Assembly: GCA_030704615.1 (NCBI GenBank)
Contig: CM060732.1
Span: 73,036,001-73,100,000, forward strand
DNA: 64,000 nt
DNA from: Takakia lepidozioides
Taxonomy: Eukaryota > Plantae > Bryophyta
Direction: 5' to 3'
In this document: piece after piece, positions 39,861 to 51,292 of the stretch
Layout of the letters: every line of letters starts with the position of its first letter
Position numbering within the stretch: the stretch's first letter is position 1
The notes under the pieces: model-generated
Told to the model about the DNA's origin: nothing
Seen by the model: only the letters and a program-made list of their open reading frames with translations
The model's database searches: none
Translations under genes and position numbers: made by a program

Positions 39861-40529
39861 GTTTACGAGTGAGTGGTCGCATTGTAAGTTGTCTCCTGAT
39901 TTTGTGAGGCACCTCCCCTCGCTCTTTTATTTCATTGAAAGACCGTTTCTTCAAGTGGATTTGTTCTTACTGTAGGATGTCAAGTACTGTAGGAGGAACA
40001 TGCATTTTTTTGCCAAGGGGGATTTCATGCCTAGTCCAGAAAGGGACTACATCCTTCCTACTTATGTTGCCCGGCTTGCTTCGGTGTCCATTAGGAGGTG
40101 TTCCGAACCTAGCCGTGTACAGCAGAAGAAGGTGGGGCAAGTTCCTCGGAGGGTGTAGGAGAGTAGTGCCCATTCCGGCGATGACAGTTAGAACACACTT
40201 GTATAGACGTGTTGCCACAAAATTTGCAACAAAATGTTGCATTTCAAGTCCACTGGTGCCACATTCCAACTTCACATGACCCTATTTTCGTGCCTCCTAA
40301 CCCTATTTCCGTGGACACACAATGGTCTGCTCATGCTTTTTTTTTTTCCGCTCATGCTCATGCCGCTCATGAAATAGCAGCCCCCCTCCACATGGTTTGT
40401 TTAAATTTCATAGTAATTTACTTTAATTTACTATTTAAATTAATCATTTGAAATTGAATAATATATAACAAATTTTAAAATCTACATGACCTACACGTGT
40501 CATTCACACATACTCCAATAAGACCACGT

Positions 40530-41158
40530 GCATCTGTAGTGTTGTAGTGATATAGTCACACCCATAGTAATGTAGTCATACATGTATTCAGGAAATGTGC
40601 CACATGTCATCCTCAGCGATGTACTTAGTAGTTATGTAGTCATCAGTGTAGTCACACAATGTAGTCATGTAGTCATAAAGTTACGCCTACGTCACTATAC
40701 TCCATCCCACGATTTGGACACGTGTCATAGCAGAGGGATTACATGTGTCACGCAGACAACTATCCATGTAGGCGGACTTCTGTAGTAATGTAGTTATCAT
40801 GTTAGTCATGACATGTAGTCGTGTAGTCGTGTAGTCCACTGTACCATATGGTCACACATGTCAAATCCCAAGGATCTCACGTGTCACGCACAAGCCTCTC
40901 CATGTAGGCGCAATGCTGTAGTGATGTAGTCATAACTTACAGTCGTGTAGTTATTTCTGTTATGACTACATCACCAAACCCTGCATCACTATCCCATGCC
41001 ACATCCTCGGTGACGACCATGACTTCGCACTTATCACTCCGTAGTCATGGTAGAACTAACTTCGTGTTTGTCGCTGTAGAGTGAGGTAGTCGTAAAAGCA
41101 CTTATCACCGCAAATGCAGTGATATCCGTAGTCATAAAAACGTTAATCTGTACTAGTG
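40530..41158. mobile_element. Right end of a CACTA (En/Spm) element with subterminal repeats
   Basis: The terminus ...AATCTGTACTAGTG at 41158 reads CACTAGTACAGATT on the minus strand. It is preceded by many GTAGTCAT/GTAGTCGT repeats. The matching left end was not found. Confidence 0.8.
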
Positions 41159-41479
41159 CTTGCAGACGAAGAGATGAGGCAGGTCGGTTTTGGCTAGCAT
41201 TGTGGATTTCATGGGGATTTCCACCTCTGCCTCATCCAGATTTGGCAACTACGGTAACTTATAGTAGTTGACTGTCCAATTTTGATAGCAATCACATGTT
41301 GGATTTCCTCATGCATGTTGTTGCAAACTTATGCCTTGTTAATGAGCAATGTGGTGGTAGGTGGTATGTCCCCTTTGCACACACTATGGTTGGTTATGTT
41401 GCTGTTGTTTGTGCTCTTTCAAAATTATGTCGGTGCCACTTCTGTGCCTAAAGTCTTGTTATATACATGATTGTGATGT

Positions 41480-42243
41480 TGTATGGCATATGCACGTGGC
41501 ACCCTATTGGCTGCCTCTGTGGCATATCCACGTGTCCGTCCAGAGTCATAACCATGAGTACCAAACCCAATATGATATGTGTATCCACATATTACATTTC
41601 AACACGTGACCCCCTAAGATCCCCGCGTAGTTGGTCCTATGACTCCGTATGCAAAACGTCCAGTCAAATGTATGTCTACAAAGCAGCATGTGAGGTTTAG
41701 AGGATCGTGCACGTGGCACCACCTGGGACTACAATGTCCTCATGGAATCCCATGTTCATGGAATATACCGTACTGCGCCAGTCGTACGTATGACTGGCAA
41801 GAATCCACCGCAGCTCACGAAAGTCCAGCATGTGGGCACCCACGAATGTGGCACATGGACGTGCCACGTGGTGTCCCCAGATTCCCCCCCATACAGACAT
41901 ACATGTGACTGCGAAGCCCCCTCCCCTACAGCGACACGTGGCAATTATATGTCGCACCACGTGTTTCTTCTATGACGCGACATGTGTTGTCGTTTGATTC
42001 CCTCCTCCGCTGTCATAGTTGGCAGTCAGGGATGGCGTCGCAGTCTGACTCAGTAAAGCCAACGTGTATGACTACCCCCACAGCTGCTCTGGCGCCACGT
42101 CACAGCCAACCTGGAGAGTCATATCTGCCATGTCACAACTGACTAGGCTCTTACGTCTTCAGAGTCAGGAAGTCGTAAATGGCTTCCATGACTGCATTTG
42201 CAGTCATAACATAGAGACGTAAAAGCCGCAATCTGTTGTAGTG
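41480..42243. mobile_element. Right end of a second, related CACTA element
   Basis: The terminus ...AATCTGTTGTAGTG at 42243 reads CACTACAACAGATT on the minus strand. A subterminal hairpin ATGACTGCATTTGCAGTCAT and a CACGTG-rich interior are present. It abuts the broken 3' part of LINE ORF2. The left boundary is approximate. Confidence 0.75.
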
Positions 42244-45200
42244 CATGAGACAAACTTGAGGGGGGATGCCATGACTATGCTGTCTGCAACTAAGAATTTC
42301 CACCAGCCCCCCTCTAGGCCTAAGAATCTCGGGATCCATTTGCCCAAAAGGGCTATGATCTATTTGTCCAAGTCAATGATACCAAGACCCCCTTTCTTTT
42401 TGGGGAGGCATATTTGTTTCCACGAGACCTGCGGGCGTTTTTTTTCATTATGGTTGGCTGCCCCCCAGATGTAGTTCCTCAAGAGTTTTTTTGCTTCTTT
42501 GATGTTGGACGAGGCAGGTCACCAAGATGTAGCGAAGAACCGCAGACCTGATGACAGGATCTGGTTGGTTGACAAGGCCTTCCCTGTAATGGATAGGAAG
42601 TAAGAGACCCAGTATGTCAACTTTGTCTTAAGCTTCACTATTGTGGGCTGGAAACGTTGCTGGTCTGTGAGATCAATGCCATATGTGTACCCCAGAAGTG
42701 TGGTTGTTTCACCTGGCTTTAGCCATCGCAATCCTTTGTCTAGTCCCCAAGTTGGCTAGTTCCCAATCTGGGATTTCGAGGTGTCCCCCACTAGTAAGGC
42801 ACATGTCTTACCCCAGTTGACTTTAAATCCAGATGCCTGGCAAAAAGTTTCCAGGGTGTGCGTTGTGTTGTCTAGGTTGATGGGGGAGGCTTGAGCGCGA
42901 GAAAGGTATCGTCCACGAACATAGATTCTTTGATTTGTATGGGTTGTCTAGTGATGTGGTTGAATGTTGCTAGGCCGTGTATACTTTGATTGGCTTGTAG
43001 CATGTGACCAAGTGTGTCAACAACTATGATGAAAAGGAAGGGGGAGAGCGGACAACCCTGGCGCACCGATCTGCGAAGGGTGAAAGCTTTGGAGAGGTGT
43101 TCGTTGACTAGAACCCTACTTGAGGCACCAAACAGGAGAGTCTTTACCCATTTGCAGAATCCCTGGGGTATGCCTGTCTTTTGGAGGGCTCCCATTAAGA
43201 AAGACCACTTGACCCTGTTGAAAGCTTTTTCAAAGTCTAGAAGCAGAAGCGTTATGGCCTAGCTAGTTTTCTTGGCATAGTGGGGTATTTCCTGGGCGAG
43301 CAAGAGATTATCTAGGATGTACCTTCCCTTAATGAATCCTGCCTGACCTGGTCTAATAATAGTTGGCAGGAAAGGCTGGAGGCGTCTTGCTAAGGCTTTT
43401 GCTATTATTTTGTATGCCACGATTAACAAGGTTATGGGCCTGTAATTGGCAATACTAGTTCTGTCCCCCTTTTTTAAGAGGAGAATGATTACTCCTTGCA
43501 TCATTTGTGGAGGCATTTGCTGTTGCTGGAAAATCTGATTGGCCATTTCAGTGAAATCTTTGGATATGTGTTTCCACATGGACTTGTAGAACTCTACCGG
43601 CATCCCATCTAGGCCAGGAGATTTTCCATTGTGGAGCTTCGATAGCACATCTCCAGGCTCTAGGTTGGTGAAGGGGCCTTCCAAAGCATCCGCCATGCTT
43701 GGAGTGAGCAGGTTTGGGGTCTGCGAGAGGCAGTGCTATTGGGTGGAAGTCAGGGGTGATAATTGCTGGTCACTATGAAATAAGGATTGAAAGTGAGAGA
43801 AGACTAAACTGGTCATGGCTTTTGGGGAGGATGTGGTAATCCCAGAGGTGTGGTCTTTGAGGTTGGTGATGTTTTGTGCAGCTCTTTTCTGTCTGGTTTT
43901 GTTGAAAAAATACTTGGTCATCTTTTCTCCCTGAGTTGCCCAATTAATTCCTGCATGCAGTTTGAGTTTATCATCTCTAAGGTTTTGGTACACTTCCATG
44001 TTAGCTTTAGCTTCCATGTAGGTATTGACAGTGGCTTCATCGCAGCGAGGGCTTTCCATTCTGATTTGACAGACCCTAAGACATTTAGTTAGGGCTTTGA
44101 TTTTGAGCTTCCTGGCTTCCAAGATGTCTTTGCTTAGAGATTGACTGGCTATCGTTGTGGCTTTTAACTTGGTTTGAAATCTTAGAATGGGATCTATGAT
44201 GTCGGTACCCGCTTGAGACCAGGCTGTTTGTAAACCTTCTTTGAAGGCCGGGATTCCCAGAAGGCATGCGTTCATCCTATATATTCCTCTTCCTCTCTTT
44301 TGATCTGATGGGATCTGCATAGTGGCTGAAATCTCCGCATGGTCAAAGCTTGCAGGGATGGGTTGTTGGAGCAGCCTTGTCATCCATTGAATTATATTCA
44401 GGGATGAGTAGAACCTATCTAAACGGGCCATCTGAAGATTTTGAAGATCTCTGTTGTTGGACCAAGTGAAGTGGGGGTGAAGTGGCTCCAATTCAGAGGG
44501 GGGATCAGACAGAATTTCTGTGAGACTGTGGTTCTGTGTCAAAGTCAGCCAGCATTGGAGGTCATCATTGCTATGGTTGATGGCAGGTGAGCCTCTACGG
44601 TCCTCAGCACATTCCACCATGTTGTAATCTCCAGCTAGGAGCCAATGGTCAATTGTTTGGAGCTCTTGCATCTTAGAGTCCAACAGTGCCCATAGATGTG
44701 CTCTTTCTTGGCTATCATTTGGCGCGTAAATATTGAGGATGCCCAAGGATCCCATATTGTTTGGTAAAGAAAGGGCACAAAATTGTACCCTTCCCGGAGC
44801 CCATACTTCTTTGGAAGTATTTTGTGGTTGGATAGCTTGCGTAGATAGGATAGCCGTACCTCCTCTTGATCCCATGGAGTTTGGGGCCCAGTGAGCGGCC
44901 AGAGGTGGTCTGACAGGTTATCTATTTTTTGTTGGTCTTGTTTGTGCTCTTGTAGAAAAATTATCGCTTGCTGATTCAATTGTAGTGTGAATGCAGGGGA
45001 GTAACACGGAAATTTTTGTTTGGCATCAGGATTCGGCATTACTACAAAGGGAGAGCCCTGGTGCTAATAACAAGGAAGGAAGTATCCATGCCTACAGTTA
45101 AATCCATATGCTATTGCGCTGCCAGGACAAAATGTGGCTAAGTCATGAAATACGCCTTTTCATCCATAGGATGAATGGCTTTCATCGCTGGTGATTACCT

Positions 45201-48200
45201 TAGAAACGCGGGTCGAGGAAGCTTAGGGCTTGCTGGAGGGTAATCGTGCAGGGAACAGCTAGGTAATTTTGCTCAAGCCAGGAGAAGGGAGGCGGTGCAG
45301 TAATCGTTTCATGGCTTTGAAGAGAGGGAGTGCTGCAGGACGATTCATCAAGGGCAAGGGAAGTAATATCATGTACTACTGACAGAAGCAATGAAGGCAT
45401 AGAGGCGGTGCTTCCTGTGATTTGACCGCTGAAGGTGTAGGAGTTGCGGGGAAAGCAGCTCGGTGGAGGGGCGGCAGTGCCGTCGTTACTCTCATAACCA
45501 CGATGACAAGGAGGATGAACTTGCAAGGGAAACAGCCTGCTGCCAGGGAATAGGAAGGTGGGGTTGCCGACTTGATCAAAGGCTAGTTAAGATGATGGAG
45601 CAGCTCCATCATGACGGGCATCTGCCAGAGGTAGGGTGTGCAAACTGATACCGCCGCCATTGCATTCATGGTGCAATCGCCAGAATGAGGGCATTGGCTT
45701 GTGGACAGTGATACAGGTTATCTGTAAATAAAGAAGCAAAGAGTGAAATATGTAGAGCAGGAAGCTTTCAGATAATGACTGTCTTCTTGTTATCACATCA
45801 GATCTTAGGGTAGATTAGCAGAGATGGTAGGATAGGGTAGTTAGTTGGCAAGCAACAAGGTTACTGCCATAGGTTGAAACAGAGTTGTCATGACTCACGG
45901 AACGCTTGAATCGACGAAATATCTGAAGGTGGAGTGGCAGAGCAATGACAGGATCTGACATGCATAGATCTTTGTTTTTACAACGTGGCATTCAAACGAC
46001 AAGAGGAGTTAGGGGAGTTGCTGACATAGATGGTGAGGTGCCATTTCAGGCAGGCGATCCCACCGCTTCAGCTGGAGTATAAGAGAGCTAAGTTCATAGA
46101 TGCAAACCTCTTCTCTTACTTAGGGATAGTTGCTATGGAATTCTGGTAGAGATACTCTCAATGGAAATGAGGGAGATAGAAAAAGATTTTGGCAAATGGA
46201 ATGGTGACTTCTGGAATTCATACCAGTCCTGGTGGTAGAGAGAAAGTGAGGCAGGGTGGAAGTTGTGTGGAGTGCTGCAAGAAGTTGGGAAGTCAGTTCT
46301 TAAACAAAGGATGCTTCCTATTTTGGGCGGATGTGAATGAGGTTGAGTAAAGAAGAAGTGCCCATGACTTACAATGAGGGCAACATGCATATAATTAGGT
46401 TAGGAAGTAGCATTTTCAGAGAGAATGAATCAGGTAGAAGTAAACCTGTTGGCTGCTGATTGCATGATTACTTAGAAGCATGCAGGGGCTGAGGGCTGCA
46501 ACAGAGAAGATCACTTGAGGGTGATTATTGGTAGCCCATCTTGTATCTGCAAGAAGGGATTGAGAGGGTTGAAAGTGTCATATGTCCTTGATGCAAAGGG
46601 ATGGGGAAAAGAGATCTTGAAAGAGGAATGGTGGATCATCAAAGTGAGGCTATGTGTGTGTGAAAAACCCGGAGCCCGTTGTAGTTGAACCAGTGACCAT
46701 AAAACTTGATGTGTATTTCATGGAACTAGCCTGCCAGTATTATGAAGGGATTGCCCTTCATGGGTGCTGGCTAACCTGATTTTGTGATAATGTATGTCTT
46801 GAAACATTTAGGAAACATAACCCTGGCATATGCAATACCCTGTTTACAAATGAGCCAAGTTATAAGTTTGAGAAACTTCTCAACCCCTGTCCATGTCTTC
46901 TCTTCCGCTGCGGCGTGGATGAGGGTACCCAATCTCTGATCATGAATAGAGTAGGAGTGATTAAGTGTGGTGTGAGTAAGTGTGTATTTGGGTAAGGAAC
47001 AATTTAGGAGTTAACTAGAAGGGGATTTATGCCCCCTTCTTTTCACACTACACAATAGTGGTGCGAGCCAAGTTGAAAGCCGGACTCTTTTTAAGGAGCT
47101 GGGATCAGATCCCAGACCCCTTACGTTCCAGGATTTGATATTAATCAACATGAGGGTGCCATAAAGGGCTGAGACCAGGGGTCTCCATTGATGGCCCATT
47201 GACAAAGAATTTTACCCTTTTGTCGAAGGGAAGGAGAGATTTTGTCCATGTCAGATTCGGGAGAAGGGTTAAAGAGTGTTTACTGATTGACTACCAATGG
47301 AGGGGTTTTCCATTGAGCTAGATTGTGGTTGCAGGTGAAGGTGAATTGGGATTGGTCTGGGCTGAGCCTGGTGATGGAATGTATGGTAACCTTTTCTAGC
47401 TCTAGATAACATCTGGGCTATTGTGTGGCTCAATATTTTGAACCAGGTCTCTTTTGGTCTTTCCTGCAAAGCAACCAGCACCTTTTGCTATCTCGAAGAA
47501 TAGGCTGGAAAATGAAACATGGGGTGGGTTTTAATCTTACTTGGAGTGAATAGATGACTGGGGGGGGAGGGTGGTACATTTACTTCAGGGACTACCGGGG
47601 GTGGAACTTCTGCTGCTGTCGGATCTTCTTCCACTGTTGGAGGTTGTTCTTGAGTGATTACTTCCCTTGGCGCCGAGACACTTGATGATGAAGAAGCTGA
47701 AGCCATCGGTGGAAGGCGTTCGCCATTGATGTAGTCCCTGGTCCGCTGAAGTTTGATTCGGTGATTTTCCTCTTCCGTGTCTTGTTCCAGGCATCTCTCC
47801 AAGAGCATGAAGGCATTCCTGAGGGAGTCCCTGGTTCTGATTTGCAGCCCACCGGTGCCCCAGGCTCGAGACATAATAGCCTCATTGACCCACAATTGAC
47901 CCTCTGGTGCGGGTGCTTGATAGACCTCGGCCTCTTCCATGAGAGCCAAGACTTGCGTTGACGGTTTAGAGGTTAAACCCGGGTGATCTTCCCTGTAAGC
48001 TCCCATGTGATGTTGGTTGCGGCCGAGAGGTGGTAGTGTTGAAAGTGGTTGGTGAAAAAGTCGTATATTTTTCTTTTTATGATAAGGTCTGGGTTGCTGC
48101 CTTTTGGGCAGGTTTGCATGAAAGATCTGATGTCCGCAGATGTTACCCACAGGGATTCCAGACATTCTGGGTTTCCGGAGGTCATTAGGAAGGATGGAGG

Positions 48201-49700
48201 AACTTTGTTTATGAAGATTAAGGGTGTCACACAGGAGGCCTTGGGCTCATTCAGTTTCGAGCAACTTGCGAGAGCCAGCTTGGGGAAAGTTTGTAGTTGG
48301 AGACATATCCTTGCCAATACAGGGTTACTGGCAATCCCGGAGACCAAAAACTGGTTGTTTCTCCTTGCACCAAATGTGATTTGAGTACCCTGTTGCAGTT
48401 GCCAAAGGGAGAGTCCTTTTCCTTTGTTGGTTGCTGTTCAGTGTGTCCCTGCCTTGATCGAGGGATTTCAGCTTCTAGCTGCATTGGGTCAGTCCTCCTC
48501 TTGGCATGATTTGGTGGTGGGTTCAGCTTCAATAAGTCCTCCATGTCTGTGTTAATCTGTATCCCAGTTTTAACCCTTTGGATAGGCTTATCTGTACTCG
48601 GTGATAACTGTACCGGCGACTGGCCTTCTTCCTGCGGACTGGAGGGAGTAGAATTCCCCGGCTTGTATGATCTTTTCATTTTCCTCTGTGGACAGTTAGC
48701 TTTAATATGGCCTTGCATGCCATAGTTAAAGCATGTTGATGAAGTAGTGTCTTCAACCAGTCTTGTAGTAAAATAGTTGCCCTCCTCGTCAATGGGGAGG
48801 CGCACAAAGTTCGGGAGAGTGTCCTCGTCAAGCACAAACAAGACCATCTTAGGGAAACCACAATCGTTGAGCCTAGAAGCAATGGTAGCTGACTTCCATG
48901 CTGGATTTTGCCTTATAAGTTATGTATCCATGTGTGGATCAAAAACTCCAATGCATCCTAGATATTCGCCAAAGTGGTTGGCGATATCTGGCAGATTCAT
49001 AAGATACTGATCAGGAATAAATGGAAGTGAAACTATTTGTGGCCCCCGCAGCTTATCATTCTTGTGTCCCATTTTTGAGGACCAAGGAAATACGTTTACA
49101 TTGAATCCGTGGACATGGGGGTTGAACTTAGGGCATTAGCTGCAGTTTCTTGAGTTTCAAATTGAATAGAAAAGAAGCCCCTACCCCTTGCATAGCAGAA
49201 TTGCTGCTTTAAGTCACCTGAACCCCCCTTGTATCTGACTGCCCAGTCTCTCACAAAGGATTTACTAACCTTTTTGTCGGGGAAGTGTACCAGGATTCCG
49301 AGATCTTTCATGCTTAAAGTCCTTTTGAGAAGATCTGCCATGTCCATGGGGATGAGGGGGTAGTCTCCCTGGAGAGCCTCTTGCGTGGATAGAGGGTCTA
49401 AGAGTCCATCTGTGATATCGGGGTCTTGTGAATGTCCTTCTAGCAGCTCTGGGTTTGGTTCTGGACTTCGATTCTGCAGGTAGATTGGCGCGTTTTCTGT
49501 CGCATTGGGAGGGGGATTCGGTTGCTGCATCTGTTGACCTTCGTGACTTTCCCCGCGGATGTCCGTCCAAGCTGCAAGTCGATCCCTGGGTTGCCAAATG
49601 GCTGTGCCTTATTACGACCTCTCGATTGGGCCTGGTGGGCTTGGAAGTATCTTGTACCCGAGGATGGAAGAGGCCGTGGATGCTACTGATGTCGTGGTTG
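42244..49700 (-). mobile_element. Decayed non-LTR retrotransposon (L1/Tx1-like LINE), 3'-truncated
   Basis: ORF1 runs from about 49530 to 47970 and contains RGRGFFSIQF and a degenerate knuckle CFNYGMQGHIKANC. ORF2 starts at 47151 with an APE endonuclease (SWNVRG, LQE, NIYAPN, GDYN, RLDRFY, FDH) and an RT (KSPGLDG, NYRPITL, DFEKAF, VRQGCPLSP, FVDD). The 5' boundary is approximate. Confidence 0.93.
44981..47052. mobile_element. 2072-bp insertion with TGT...ACA termini and a 4-bp TSD inside the LINE endonuclease (solo LTR or Ginger-like non-autonomous element)
   Basis: Perfect 11-bp TIR TGTAGTGTGAA...TTCACACTACA, and TSD CAAT at 44977-44980 and 47053-47056. Removing it restores the ORF2 frame (STWLAPLL|NQQAIIFLQEHK). 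Confidence 0.9.
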
Positions 49701-51292
49701 CATCCGTGTATTTAGATTTTTTTTTCTTACAAATGTGCTCTAATATTATTATTTTTCTTTTTTTTTGGTTTCGTCACACATTCAATATAAATGTTACAGC
49801 ACTTCTATATGTTAATTAGGATAAAACCACGCAACTGAAATGAATGGTTTGCCCACTTATCGAAATCTCACAAGTTTAACCCTTTGGTTTTGTGATGAGC
49901 AAGTTTCAAATTACTAATATATTACACTAGGGTCAAAGCATGTTCAGGTGTCTCATTTTGCTGTTACAGGAACAGATGTACGCAATCAAGGGCTAGGTAT
50001 ACTTCTTCTTTGAATCTGAAGTAGGAATATAACACCACAAGACTGTTACATATATGACAAAGATTCTAAATCACTTTACAGATTGCAAATTGACCAAGAT
50101 TAGGCTGTCATGCAAAGTCCTTTTGCGTGATGTAACAATTCCATCAATTAAACATAACACACTAGAGGATGTTGATAGGACTTGGAGATGTAGCCTAATT
50201 GTCATGTACATTGACTCCATCTAGGCTTTAGATGTCTGGGTACTACTTCATGATGGACTTAGAGGATCCTTGGGTGCAATGACCCTCTACTAGAAAATAA
50301 TCTAACCACTTTGTTCCATGTAATGACACCTTTAGGAGCGCCAACGAAAAGGACATGAAATCTTTGTCAAAATGACACAATGTCTTAAGAGAAAGTGTAA
50401 GGCTCCAAGCATATAAAAGCACTATGTACTAAATTGAATGACCTGAGCCTCCCCTCATGCACATATTCATCGTTTTTCCTGGTTGATTTCATTTGAATTA
50501 AATTTGATTTAAAAAGAATTATATATATATATATAACAATGACCAATGATCTTTTGCAAATTTCATCCTTGGACGTTATAATGAATCCTTATAATTTTTT
50601 TTTATGAAATCTAACATGCAGTATGGCTCCAAATCGCAAGTCCTTTTCACAGCGCTGGTACGTTACATGCTCCAACCGCCATGGAAGCTGAAGTGGAGCT
50701 CTATGCAAATGAGTACAAAGGTGAGAGAGACAATAGTAATGAGCCCTCCAATCTTTGAGCGCATGCTAGCCTTGTCTTCTTAAGTCCATGTGAGTCGAGC
50801 AGACTTAAAATGCCGTTCGCGGCGCTCGCAGGATGACAACCACCGGTGGTTACAGGTGACATGAATTTTAACCTACGACTCTAGGTAATGAAGATGATGA
50901 TGATCGAATGGCAACAGGCCACGTCCCAGACACACTTCATTGCACCTCGTGAGCGTCCGAATTAGACGTTCTTTTGGCGGTGACTCCACTCCTTGCTGCT
51001 GGACTCGTCTCTCTTCACCACCGTCCTTCGACTTCTCCCTGCAGTCTGTCTACAGTGTGCATGCTTATCATCTCTTTTCCTACGTAGTCATAGTGTGTTC
51101 AGAGTATGAAAGGTCCTTCTTATGTTAGTGTAGTCATTTTACTTCTGTAGATCCAACAAACATTTGGCCCAGGGTTCATTGTTGTGTGAGGGTTTTCAAA
51201 TTAGCACTCTCCGATATCTTCACTGGAAACATCTGAAGTGGGAAAAGTACTCCAGAGCTGACTATAGCGCGTAGGGGTCCTGATGCTGAAAT

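Larger units (their letters stand above)
37468..40386. mobile_element. Non-autonomous MULE-family element (copy A), 2.9 kb, filled with palindromic repeat arrays
   Basis: Short imperfect TIRs GGAGGTTAGTTATTTCATGAGC ... GCTCATGAAATAGCAGCCCCCC. TSD TCCACAT at 37461-37467 and 40387-40393. Both ends are homologous, in inverted orientation, to the ends of the transposase-bearing copy at 56135-61160. Confidence 0.9.
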
